NCBI GenBank assembly: GCA_002269645.1
Contig: NIVC01004782.1
Location: 1 to 35,089, forward strand
From: Macrostomum lignano
Lineage: Eukaryota
DNA length: 35,089 nucleotides
Direction of reading: 5' to 3'
Position numbers and translations under genes: made by a program. This document shows, one piece after another, positions 22,187 through 34,200 of the stretch. Below the pieces are notes generated by a model. That model saw only the letters and a list, made by a program, of their open reading frames with translations. It was not told the DNA's origin and made no database searches. Every line of letters begins with the position of its first letter. Positions within the stretch are counted from its first letter, which is position 1.

Positions 22187-23823
22187 ATTTGTGTAAAGGA
22201 AGTTCGAAATTAAGCAAAAGCCGAAAATCATTTGATATATGAATAGAAAAAGAATCTATCAAATTTCCTCAAATTTGCACATTTTGGTGAGCGTTTCTTT
22301 AGTTAGCATGACATGAATAGCATATTTTTATTTGGTTAAAAAATCAAGTGAAAAAGCATTTTGATGTCAAATAAAGTGAAATGACCAATGTGTAGTGTAT
22401 TCAGTAAAATTACTGATACAAGCTAAACTACTCGCAATACGAGACATAAGTAGGCAGTAGATTTGCGAAGCATTACAGTAAGCATTTAGTCTTAGGTATG
22501 GAATTGAATTTCAAATATTTATATACAGTCTTTGTTAATTTACAACTAAAAAACAACACGCACTGTAATGATACCCATAGAGTGGTTTTTTTATGCCAAG
22601 CTTGCATCAAATAAAGCACAGATAAGAAGCAGATTGTCCTACAGAAATTGCACTGGCTGTTAAAGAAGAGAAATAATAAAGACCTGTAAAGTGCAAAGAC
22701 AAGATAGTAGATTGATTTATAAAAAGAAGCACTGCACTAGAAAGAGACAATGCAAAGATGGTATCAGCTGAACATTATATTGCATAAAAGAAAAATATAA
22801 ACAGTTAACCTGGAAACCGGGCCATAAAAATCTATAATCCCTATTAAAATGGAGAACACTAATAAAGTAGTTTAAACTGAGATGATTTGGTTGACTTTTA
22901 GGCTTGTAGACTGCAGGATATTTAGTAACGCTGAACAAAATTTTATCAAGAATTTATTAAAGGAATATAGTCAGAAAAGCTGTTGATTAAATGAACAATG
23001 AACAGTTTACAGCCGCATCAAGGCGGTTAGACTTAGCTTCTGAGTTTTAAAAACATATCTTTGATTTATAACCATAATTTTCCCATTAAAAACCTGCTTA
23101 ATGTTCTTTGTATGCTTTCGAAAAAGAGATTTTGAGTACAATTAGTCTCCCAATATTCCTAAAAATTGAATAAAAAAATAAAACAACAATGTCTATAAGC
23201 TCAGGGGGAAATCTTTCAGAATAACTTACTCTTCATACATGTCAGAAAAAGCAAATAAACATGATGAAGATGAACTCACAAGCCATCCACAGCGTCACAA
23301 ATCAGTGATAAAAATGAAATAAAAAATGACTCAGAACAGATATAGTAATCAGTACACATTTAAAAAAAGACTGCATAGGAACCAATGCAATAATCAATCA
23401 AGAAGAGTGCTAAAAATGACATCTGAATAAAAGCCAATTGTTCCGTTATTCAATAATATTTACGCGGTTATTCACACATACCGGTGGGTACAGGGTGGAT
23501 TTGAGCTCTGTTTAAAACTTTTTGGATAACATTTATAAAAATGATTGAAACCAAGAGATCTACAACCCGAAATCTAATGAAGCTAAATAAATAAAGGTAG
23601 AATTAGATACAGAAAACGCACCCTACGACCTACACAGAAGTGGATAAAAGCAGCATTGTGCATTGTGTACAAGCAAGAGTGCACACATCAGCTGAGGCAG
23701 CAATAACAGAATATTCATTTAAGGGAAAGAAAGAAGTTATATGTGGCAAATTTGATGCATAATAGATATCGAAAGCAATTATCAAATAAAGGGCAAATAT
23801 AGAAAATTCTTTGTCTACAAAGA

Positions 23824-24144
23824 CTAGTCAGACTCAGCCTCTTCATCTATAGTTGTTAGCAGTTGTTGCTGTTGTTGCAACAATTGCTGCTCCTGCTGGT
23901 AAGAACAACCACCGCCTGTCGCTGACGAGACGAAACCGCGAGCTTTACAAGCCAGCGTGCAGTAGATGTGACAAACAATAGTCAGTTGGAATACCAATAG
24001 TGGAAATAGTACTGGCAGTACGAATATCGAACCAGATGACGTGTCTAATAGCCATAGTAGAGCGAAGGAACACGAATAGAACAGTAGCCCGCTGTGGAGT
24101 GCATGCTTGTTGAGGTCCTTTCTCTTTCTTTTGTATACAGTATA
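23824..24144 (-). CDS. Candidate orphan terminal exon: hydrophobic segment plus poly-Gln tail
   Basis: 107-codon stop-to-stop frame with no ATG: ...GLLFYSCSFALLWLLDTSSGSIFVLPVLFPLLVFQLTIVCHIYCTLACKARGFVSSATGGGCSYQQEQQLLQQQQQLLTTIDEEAESD*. Possible acceptor CTCCACAG before 24091. GC-richer than its flanks. Confidence 0.35.
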   Translation of the reverse strand, partial: YTVYKRKRKDLNKHALHSGLLFYSCSFALLWLLDTSSGSIFVLPVLFPLLVFQLTIVCHIYCTLACKARGFVSSATGGGCSYQQEQQLLQQQQQLLTTIDEEAESD

Positions 24145-25659
24145 TTATGTACAGCAGTTGTCCAGCTAACGGTAACTAAATTATATGTATTTTATAGACT
24201 GCAAACAACATAAACTGGCCTTTCTACCTATATCTTTAAATACTGTGCTCCAGTTTGAATTGCTTAGCAATATATTTTTTCTCTGCTTCCGAGCTTGTGC
24301 ACAACTAGCTGTAAGTATGTTTTTGCCACGCGGAATTCAGCGGAGGGGGGAGAGGAGGAACTGAACTGAATGAACGAACAAGAGAAAGAAAGAGAAGAAA
24401 ACCCGTAGAGCTAGGGGGGAAGGACAGCAGCTGCGGAGGCGCCTTGGTAAAATTCTGGATCATCGTTTTCCTTCTCTGCTTTGGCCTGCCTGTTCTCCTC
24501 TCTTCCCTTCACGAACCAACCAGTATGCGATGGCACGAGTGAGGGAGGTGGGGGGGAGGGGGAGAGGATGGATTCATCGTCCACTCCGCCTGATAGCCTG
24601 GTCAGAAAAATTGAGGCGATTGAACAGGCCACTCGCGGAGAGGGGTAAGAAAACCAAAAACTTTCAGGAGCGCTCTCGGTTAGGGAGGTGGGGCAACAAT
24701 GTACACAGACCCCACAGTGTAGAGTGTACATTGTACAAGACCAAAATAACAGCGGGGGGTAGCAGGCATGCAATCTGACACCCCCATTCAGCCCGGCTTC
24801 CTGTTCAAGCGCCGCGCGAGACACCCGATCTTTCAACAGCCCCTGCAGCAGCACCCCCACCCTAGACAGCCCCTCAATTCCACTTCCTACCCCCTTATTA
24901 TACTTAGACTGAACTGGACAAATATAAATTAAGTAACGATATATATATATAAGTTTTGATTTTTATAGGTAGAGATATAGAGGTTGGTAGTGCGCTGCGG
25001 GGGGCCTGCCCTTGCGGGGTGCCTACAGCTAAAAATAAAGAGCTTGTGTCTGGCGCCTGGCTGAGCATTTGAGCTGTGAAAAAAATGGCGGACCTGAGTA
25101 ACTGAGTTAGTTCACGAAAAAATGTTAGGATTTTCTATTCGTTTACTACCTACGTTTTTATTCCCGATGGAGTTGGCTCATGAAGTATTATCACGAGAGA
25201 GGCGAGGGGGAGATATAAAATCCTTAAATTCGAATGTATACTCGTTTGGATTGGTTTTATAAAAATAGGCCATAAAAATGTCCATCCTACGAACAAAAAT
25301 TCACACTCATTTTTTGCCACCAATTACAGTCAGTATATATTTTTCAGTAATTTCATTTCGTCTAAAAAGCAGTGGAAAAAATTACACGGTCAATTGACAT
25401 TTTGCGTAAAACTGTTTCCGTCTATTAATGAAAATTTTTGCTCATAAATCATAAACAATATATTTTATTACTGTATAGCGTTTCTCTTGGATTTTGAATT
25501 ACACATCGAGAATATGTACATAGCAGTGATAGCACTATAGAAACTATAAAAATATTGATCCAACACTGCAATAAAACATTCAATTATTTAGAAATAAGCT
25601 TGCAACAGCTTGGCATACGTCGATTAAAGTACCTTAAGTTTTGACACAGTCGAACTCAT

Positions 25660-25915
25660 CCTTACCAAATAACACCCTAGCGTTGATTTGCTAAACATCT
25701 AATCCTACTCTACCCCCTACCAAAGTACACCCCAGCACTGATTGGCTAAGCCCTTCGTCCCCTCTACCCCTTCCAAATCACACCCTAGCGCTGATTGGCT
25801 AAACCCTTCGTCCCTCTGTACCCCCTACCAAATAATAACTCAGTGCTGATTGGCTAAGCCCTTCGTCCCTCTGTACCCTACCAAATCACAACCAACCAGT
25901 GTTGATTGGCCAAAC
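25660..25915. repeat. ~55-bp degenerate tandem repeat (~4.7 copies), each unit with a CCAAT-box motif
   Basis: TGATT(G/T)G starts at 25684, 25739, 25792, 25847 and 25903; units share CCAAAT.ACA..C..AG..CTGATTGGCTAA.CCCTTCGTCCC. Confidence 0.85.
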
Positions 25916-26012
25916 TGATCATACCTAAGCCTTATTATTCACCAAAAACATTCGTAAAATGTGAAAATCACGCAAAAAACAACCCAAATTGATAAGAAAT
26001 CAAAAAGCTCAC

Positions 26013-26365
26013 CATAGCTCTTCTAGGCGATACTCCACCGCTGCTACTACCATTGCCGCCATTCTTAATCGGCGCCTGTCGCCTTGGCGACCTAGGACTA
26101 TAGGATCTAAGGCCGCCAGGCGTATTTAGATATGATGCGGCGGAGTCTGAGGCCTAGGCGACGTCAACATGCCGCCAGCTGCGTGCTGATGCGGGCCAAG
26201 CGTAGGCGTTGGCTCAGCAACGGCAAGCATAGCAGCTAGAGATTCGCCTTCTAATAATTGTTGCAGATTTTCTCTCAGCACAGACATTGTAGCCTCTTCG
26301 GTGAACCATCTTAGAAATAATTCGTCAATTTTCACCCGCAACAGCGGGCGAGATACTGTCTTCAT
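26013..26365 (-). CDS. PPP2R3: PP2A regulatory subunit B'' exon 1 (PR70-type N-terminus), with an apparent 1-nt deletion near 26130-26155
   Basis: MKTVSRPLLRVKIDELFLRWFTE matches the PR70/PPP2R3B N-terminal motif PVLKMKVDELFLYWLSE. The frame hits TAA at 26128-26126, while the -1 frame continues LNTPGGLRSYSPRSPRR...RRAM to a strong donor ATG|GTGAGC at 26012. Exon is 353 nt, one short of 354. Confidence 0.85.
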
Positions 26366-27078
26366 GCCCACTATTTGTTTTCACTTTGGTGATCGGTTTT
26401 ATTACAGCATGGGTCAAATCGAATTAGTTAGAGTTATTATAAATGATTGTTTACACCATTCATCTAGCTAAAAATGCACTGACTACCGCAACTGTCGGTA
26501 GAATAATCATGAAAGGTAAAGGTAAAGTTAAGTTTAATACAAAATTATCATATTGAAATATTACTAGAAAAGTGTTTCTAATTCAAATTATTTACCTAGC
26601 ACTAAATCAACTACTATGAGTACTAAATAAAAAAATAATACAAAACTATTTAGTAGTAAAACATGCTTTCAAGTGACTTATAATCACAATATAATTTGTT
26701 TTTTTTGTACATAAAAATACACAAAAAAGCTTAGTATTTAAATCAGATCTTTATTCACGTCACATTGCCAATTTAATTTTTATAGTACAGGGTACAAACG
26801 GAAAATATCCCATACGAGCTAGAATAAAACATTATTCATACTACTGATTTTACGGTTTAGTAGCGTATAACGAACATAACAGAAAGAAATTTACTTTATT
26901 TTGAAAATATATAGTTTTCTTGCAGATGTTTTACTACGTTTACTACTTAAAGTACAACATCAAACAATATGTCAATTATATAAATCAATCAGTCAATCAG
27001 AATAAATTTGGTTTATTATATTGTTTTTCTTCAGTAAAACACATCTAGAAAGCCGACAAATAGACCGAATAGATGGAT

Positions 27079-27643
27079 TTAAGAACTGTGCAGAATCCTA
27101 TTGAACGCATTGTAGCCGCTCTCCATGTCGAACACCATCTGTCGAGCCTGAGCTTCATCCAATTCATCCGACGCGCCTAGCCCAGCTAGCACGTCCAGCC
27201 ACTCTTTCACCTTGGCTTTGCCCTCGAAATCAGTCGGCAGCATTGACATTCTATTCATAGTTTCCATCAGTTCACGCAGATTCGGATCCAATTGATCCTT
27301 GGACAGCATATTCAATCGCAGATTGTCCATTATGGTGATGTACAGGGCCACAATATCAGCAATACAGCGGCTAGTATTGCCTTTGTCATCCTTAATAGTG
27401 ATTGGTCGGTCCTCTTTAATCCGACTGATAGCGGCTGGACAGTTCATTCGGTAGCGGGCTACGAATGTCTCCAAATCGGGATATTCGTCGCATTGCACCT
27501 GCCTGAAAGCTGCTTTGTACTGGACAATTAGCTTAGAACAGGCGGCTGTGTACTCTTTAGCCGGGATGCAATCTTTAATGTACATTTTCTCCAGATTTTG
27601 CAGGGTGTTTAGCACAGCGTACAGTTCCGCTAGGTTGTCGTAT
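27079..27643 (-). CDS. VPS28: ESCRT-I subunit VPS28, terminal exon
   Basis: [26 protein letters not shown]...[43 protein letters not shown]...[28 protein letters not shown] is recognisably Vps28. Acceptor TGTCAG before 27643. Confidence 0.98.
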
Positions 27644-27859
27644 CTGACAGAATTGAAAGTAGTAAAAACATTGTTATTGTCAAAACAAGTCTCATGTCTA
27701 CTAAAGTCAAGATGGACAATATTCTAATTAAAATTTAGCAATCAGAAATTTTGTAAAAGAAGGCCAGCTCTGCTTTGGCATAGGGGGGCTTCATAATACC
27801 AAAATTGTGTGACAGCATCTCAGTTGGTTGGGGAATGGGGCCATTTTTAATAGACTTAC

Positions 27860-27921
27860 TTTTCACGTTCTCGAGTATTTCGATACAATTTCACTTCTTC
27901 GTAGAGCTCTTGGCGAATCAT
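27860..27921 (-). CDS. VPS28: VPS28, first recognisable coding exon
   Basis: MIRQELYEEVKLYRNTREREK, donor AA|GTAAGT at 27859, phase matching the next exon. An acceptor TTTTCTTCCAG precedes 27929, so an upstream exon or trans-spliced leader exists. Confidence 0.92.
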
Positions 27922-29147
27922 ACTTGGAGCTGGAAGAAAAGATAAGAAGTTTATTTGTGCTGTTATATCATTACTTATTGGAATTAATCATAACTGATGT
28001 AGATGGACACCTAATGCACACAATGCCGTGCCTTGGCTCTTCAAAGGAGTAAAAAAACAGCATTTAGTTCATAACATCGAACATGTACACAAGAATTTTA
28101 TAGACAATGACTGCAAAAATCTCTAGCTGCTTCAATATACTTTCATATCTAATACAGATGGGAACTATGTACTATTTGGCTTTAAACTGAGTAAAAAAAT
28201 AGTAAAATAATGATTATAGAATAAAGGTAGAATTTGCCAAGTAGAAAGCAAATGAGATCTAAATTATTAGGACTGAAGTAAATAGGATTTTTAACTGACT
28301 AGGAAGGATATATAATATATAGGTTCTTATAAATTAATCAACAAGTAAGAAATATTGTCTAATCTATTAAAAATAACTATTAAGTTATATTTTTTATTGT
28401 TACCAATGGTAAAAACCTATATAGGAAGAGAATAATAACAAAAGCTAATAAAGCTTTTCATTCAGAAAATTAGGATTCTATATTAACTTTTTATTCGTTA
28501 TACATTTCTTGTACCTAAAAAAATAATAATGCATTGCATAGCTCCAAATCATTGGTTTTAGGAATCAATTTTATCATTTATGCAGCTTGTGCTACACATA
28601 TTTTTTACGCAGTCAGCTAAGAATGAGAAAATAGACTCATAAAACCAAAGAGCCAAGCTGTGCTATTTTAATGGTTTTTAGGCACAAGACATGCGCAAAT
28701 GTACATTAAATAAGAAATAAAGAAAACAACAAAATACTAATTTTCTAAATGAAAAGCTTTATTAATAGTGATAGAGCAATAAGAAAGGCACAACATATCA
28801 AAAGATGAACACTGGAACTGCCTCCTATCTAAAGCAGTAAATTTTTGTGCTGAAAAAATGAAAACTTCCTATCTCTGTAGTGTTTGGGGAATGTTTAGTG
28901 TCTGTATTTTTTGGGGAAAACCAGTGTTTGGCGTGAGGGGGTATGCAATTTTTCGTGCCTTGTATAAATTTTCAGGCTTATGAGTTCTCTACTATAAAAC
29001 CTAGCGTAGGTGCAGTGGCAGAAACAGGAGCTTAACTTGACAAGTCTGCGTGTCGAATGACATTTTTTAGATAGATGTTTTTAATGACCTTTTTAGGGTT
29101 CATGTGCCCACAAAAACGGCTTTTCTGGGGTGAATGGGGGCTCCAGC

Positions 29148-29273
29148 CAAGGACTACTTAAGTAGAAGGATGCAAGACTCAGAATTGGTGAGAATTTCAT
29201 TGGAAGCCTCCAACAAATTTTCCATGAAAGTTGAGTCTTGAGTCCTATATGTATGTTATTTTAGTCATCCTTG
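29148..29273. mobile_element. 126-bp MITE with an 8-bp target-site duplication (hAT- or P-like)
   Basis: Ends CAAGGACTACT / AGTCATCCTTG flanked on both sides by GCTCCAGC (29140-29147 and 29274-29281). Confidence 0.7.
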
Positions 29274-30818
29274 GCTCCAGCTAGCAAAGCCCCTTCCCCT
29301 GCATTTGCTACTGCCAAGATCTATATCAAATATATGTACTTCCAACAAAATAATTGAATTCGCAAACATCAACACAAATTTGGCTGCAATTCACTTGGAG
29401 ATCATGACTAAGAAACTAAGAAATACTATTAATACAAAGATTTGGGATCCATGGTATCAGAGTGCAATACAGAACTTATAGTCAGGTAGAACCAGGCAGC
29501 AAAACATATTGTGTGTACAGGCAAAAGAGGAATTTTATACTTCCAAATTTGCACCCTTGATGGACAAGGAAATTTGCGCTATATCTTTAGAACTTGTGCA
29601 TTTGTGCCTGTGACAATCAAATTTGCACCAGGCGCAAATTCGCACCTGACTTTGAAGACTAGGGAAAACCTGCCTTCTAAAATTTTCTAAGAAACAAGGT
29701 TTCCCATCCTTCTACTTAAGTCATCCTTGAGTCCACATTATGCTGGGTGCATGCCAAAAAAGTTAAATAATTACAAATGCACACCAAAAAAAATTTTGTT
29801 TACAAACATTCTAAAAAAATATGCCAGTGTTGCAACAATAAATGACCTTTTTTACATTGCATATTAGACCCTTTTTAGCAGACAATCTGGTTGATTCTTA
29901 TGCTTTTTTGGCAATATTATTTATAGTAGAAAATAGTTCATGCAAAGATTTGTTTAAATGCTTTTTTCAAGCTTGAAAAAACCAGAAGGCTTGAAATTTC
30001 TGCTCAAAAATGAACTTTTTTTCATCTTTTTCTATTTCACAATAACTCTTGTGCAGGTATACTTTTTTCTTAAGAGTGATGCATGCCAACTGTGCATGTC
30101 TACTTCTGGTATGCAACATACATGCGCAACCTCCAAAATTTCATTGGCTATGCAACTTAGTTTTAACAAAAATGCAACATGGTTTTTGGCCAAAAATGTG
30201 ACTTACATATAAAAAAGAAGTCTTAAAGCAAAATTAATGCAACTTTAGATAAATGGCAGGAGTAATTATGACCATCTTCTTAGGCCTATTAGCAAAATGC
30301 CTTATCATTTAGGCCTTAGTACTACTTTGGTATTTATTTAGATGGGCATTTTTGCAATTTACCTTGGTTGGCTATCAAATTAGTTGGCCAGATCAACCAA
30401 CTCAACTGATTGATGCGCATGTATGGTATGCAAGGCCAATGCACACTTGAATTTTTGGGTATATACTATATGACCTAGAGTGTAGGTATATATATACACT
30501 AATACAAAATCTACACTATGAAAAATATATATAGGATTTGTATAGGCCTAGCTATAAAACAAGCATTGCCTAAATGGTATATAGACTTATATAGTACATA
30601 GTATTTATCAGGAAAATACAAAAAAACATAGTACTAAACTCAATGTTATAATTTTTTACGAATAATCATTAGCCTTAGACCTTAGACTTAGTTGTCATAC
30701 TTTGTATACCAGCTATATTAGGTATATTGATAGATGATTGCATATATATGCCCTTTAGAACAATGTCAGCATTGTCAGGTGTATATGCCTATTGCTATGA
30801 TCTAAGCCTATTATATTA

Positions 30819-31271
30819 GGCAGTTGTTATTTGTCCAGTGACTGGACGAAAAGCGATGTGGTTATTTGTCCGATTACTGGATCCTGACCATGCTTTCCTA
30901 ATTATCTGGTTAAACCAGACAAATAGACATTTTTTTATTTGTCCAGTTAAATTGATAATGCTAAAATATCTAGTTCATAAAAAACACAAGGCCCAAGGGT
31001 AAATATTTCTAGACTTCAAAGACTTCTTACTCGTAGCTTGATTATTATATTTTTATACTAGTGTATGTCTTATATACCAAATTATGCCGAATTGAATACA
31101 CTGCTTTGCTTACACTCAAGTAATACAAGAAAATATTAATCAGTATACGAGAAAAGGTCTTAAAAATCTAGAATATTCATCACAAAACAAATAAGATATT
31201 TGTGTTAGCAATTTAACTGGACAAATAGCAAAAAGGCTATTCATACAGTCACCGGACAAATAACAACTGCC
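30819..31271. mobile_element. 453-bp Mutator(MULE)-like MITE with a 9-bp target-site duplication
   Basis: 26-bp TIRs with one mismatch (GGCAGTTGTTATTTGTCC(A/G)GTGACTG), direct repeat ATTATATTA at 30810-30818 and 31272-31280, and a second inner inverted repeat (~30938-30971 / ~31195-31227). 9-bp TSDs are characteristic of MULEs. Confidence 0.9.
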
Positions 31272-34200
31272 ATTATATTAATGTCTTAGGATATCAAAGT
31301 CAAAGATAACTTTCCTTATGTCTAATTGTCTATGATATATAAAGAAAAAATTTTGCCTAGGCTATAGGCCTATCAATAAGTAAAAACTACAAGTACAAAA
31401 AGTAATTACTTCTAGGCCTAGTATAAATATAACAATGTCAATGAAATTTTACTTTTTATTAGCATTTTCTTTTGGTTCAACTGTCTGCAGGCGAAATGAC
31501 AAAGCACATTATAACACTAATGCATCTAGATACTGCTGCTGCTGCAGTGCTTGCCACTGCTTGGTTGGTTGGTGCTAAACTGCTAGGCCTCTATTTTTAC
31601 AGAAATACTGTAGAGTTAAATACATAAATAAAGTAGCCTCTAATGAATTCATAAGCTTTATTATAAAGACACACTACCACACGTCCATAAGTACTAAACG
31701 AATTTATGCAGGCCTACACAAAAAAGTTCATTATCAGCATCAGCAGATGTCGATTTTCACGTTTTCCGTTTAGTTTAGGCGTAGACTTTATGAAATTCGG
31801 TGTTCTGAATATAGCGTCAAAAAATTAGGTAATATGGTAGATTTACAATTTTAAACGGCCACTTCTATTTTAATTTCGTCGTATTAAACCTCAAGCGTCT
31901 TTCTTAGTCTAAATCAGTTGAGAAAATAAATTAACTATTTCTTGTAAATTTCTACTGCAAAAATTCTCCAATTAAATTTAGCTAACAAATTAAAAAAAAA
32001 CGTCTTTGAAAACACGCACGTTTAATTTTAAGATTATTTTCAACTATTGGATTGTTGTGTTTATTTGTCTGCTTTTATTTTAAAGGTACTTGTTATAATA
32101 CTATTCATCAGTTTGGTTACTTGTCAATGTAAGGGCACAATTTTAAAATTATTGTGTTTCCGAGTAATTTTGTATTGAGCTTTCTAATTTCCGCCTTATG
32201 CAGGTTGTAACTGCGTTTTTAATCGTTTTGCAAGCGGTAAGGAACTTATTGCATCTATCTGTTTGGCTATGACTTTTGCTTTCGTTGTTCTTAAGTGTAG
32301 AAAACGTATAACGTTTTCTCAGAAGCTCACATTCTGCTTTGTCTTATTTTGTCGCAACCCACAACCACAATACAAGCAAATATAGATTATTTAATATAAA
32401 AATAACACATAGTGTAGGCAGTCGGAATCAGGCTTTTTAAACTATAAATTTTTGCTGTAAAATCATCATTGTAGTCTAACAAATTGGGTACTATGCATAT
32501 CATGTTAGTGTATTATATTTTATCTAGTTAGGACAAGACAAGTCAAATTATTTGTACTGCCTTTTGCTTTGAAAAATGTTGCAAAAAATTCATTTTGGTT
32601 CTAAAGTTCTAATGATATACAAAGTTTAATGATAAATTAACAGTTTTTTGGTACAATTTATTGAGATAAGTTTTATAGCTTTTTGTTTTTGAAATTTAAT
32701 TAAATTTTATTTTAATTTTACTATAATTTATAATTTATACTTTCAAAATAAATAAATATATCTTATGGCCATAGTCCTATTTAACCTTATTTTCTCCATA
32801 ATTCATACAAATTAGATTAGCTAATACTATAGTCCAAACCAAAGAATGCTTTTTTGCTAATGCTATAAAAGTCTAGCATATTATTGTTTTTCACTAATAG
32901 TCTTACTTTTACACCTAGTATACTAAGAATTTTTAAGCCCTCTAACAAACATTTTTATAATATTTAGTTAAATATAGAAAATTAGACCTAACAAGTAATA
33001 AATGTAAAGTTTTAATTTTATTAAATAACCTATGACTAAAAATAGTATTAAGGAGGCCTACTTATCTTTTAGATCTTTGACTATGAATCTTTCATATGAA
33101 TTTAACTTATATTTCATTTTAGTCATTTGGTAAATATTGTAAAGTTAATATTTGTAAAATTGTATTTTATTCCATAGAATATTATTTGAAAATTCAATAT
33201 TTTTTTGCCAAATAAGACCTAATAATATAGTAGTAAAATATAATTTTTTATAATAAAAATGACAAAATAGTAAACTATAAAGTGGTATCCAATTACTATA
33301 TTTGAATAGTATTTATAAGTCAATCCATATTCCTAGCTTAATAATAATCTATTTGGTTATCTAAGTACATGTTTAAACTCATAATTAAAAGTTATCAATA
33401 AAATAATTTTATTAATGTAATAATCAAAGACTAGTAGACTTATTATATTCATTATATATTGTTATAACTTTGAATACAATAAGTGATAAAAATGCTCAAT
33501 TGAAGTTTGTTTGTAATTTTTTAAAGTGACCCCTGTAAGAGCCAAGGAGCTTATGAAAAAAGTGTAAATAAACAAGTTTAATAATTTTTGTTCCATAGAT
33601 AATAGAAGCCAGGTATGAAATATTAAGTTTTAATCTAAGAGATAGATAAAAGATAGGTGGAATAGTAGAATGATATACATATTGGGGTTGAGGCATTGCG
33701 CAATTAAAGATAAGGTATAAATTAAGCTAGGCAGATACAAAAAGGAATGAGAGGGAAGCAAGTATAAATGTGCTGACTGACAATAAAAAATCAGCAACAT
33801 ATATAATAAATAAATAGTACTATTTTATGCTTGCATTAAAATTTATTAGATTGATTTTTTAGAAATAGATTTGATAGAAAATATCAAACCTTAAAGAGTG
33901 AGTAAGTTATTGAAATTTATATTTACAAAGCCAAGGTTTAAGTTGGCACTATAGCATTTTCAATCTGAAATAAAAAAAAGTTTCATTTCATTGCTAATTA
34001 TTATCTTCATTAAGTTGGCAAAAAAATCCAAAATGAAATTCAAAACAATTTTTTACCCATTTTTTCACCTCACAGGCAGTGCTCCAGTGCCAGATTCTGA
34101 GCCCTGACCAATGCAAGCAGTCTGGCTTCACTAGTGCTCTAGAGTGCTCCTCCTGCTCGCAATTGAAGCAGTTCGGCCTGTCTCAGTTGGATCAAGCCTG

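Noticed and set aside
24411-24860. 149-aa minus-strand ORF starting at GTG
   Set aside because: No ATG start, domain or clear splice sites; overlaps purine/pyrimidine blocks. Not excluded as UTR.
26115-26160. Programmed frameshift as the explanation for the PP2A exon 1 break
   Set aside because: No X_XXY_YYZ heptamer or known +1 shift site in the overlap; a simple indel is more parsimonious.
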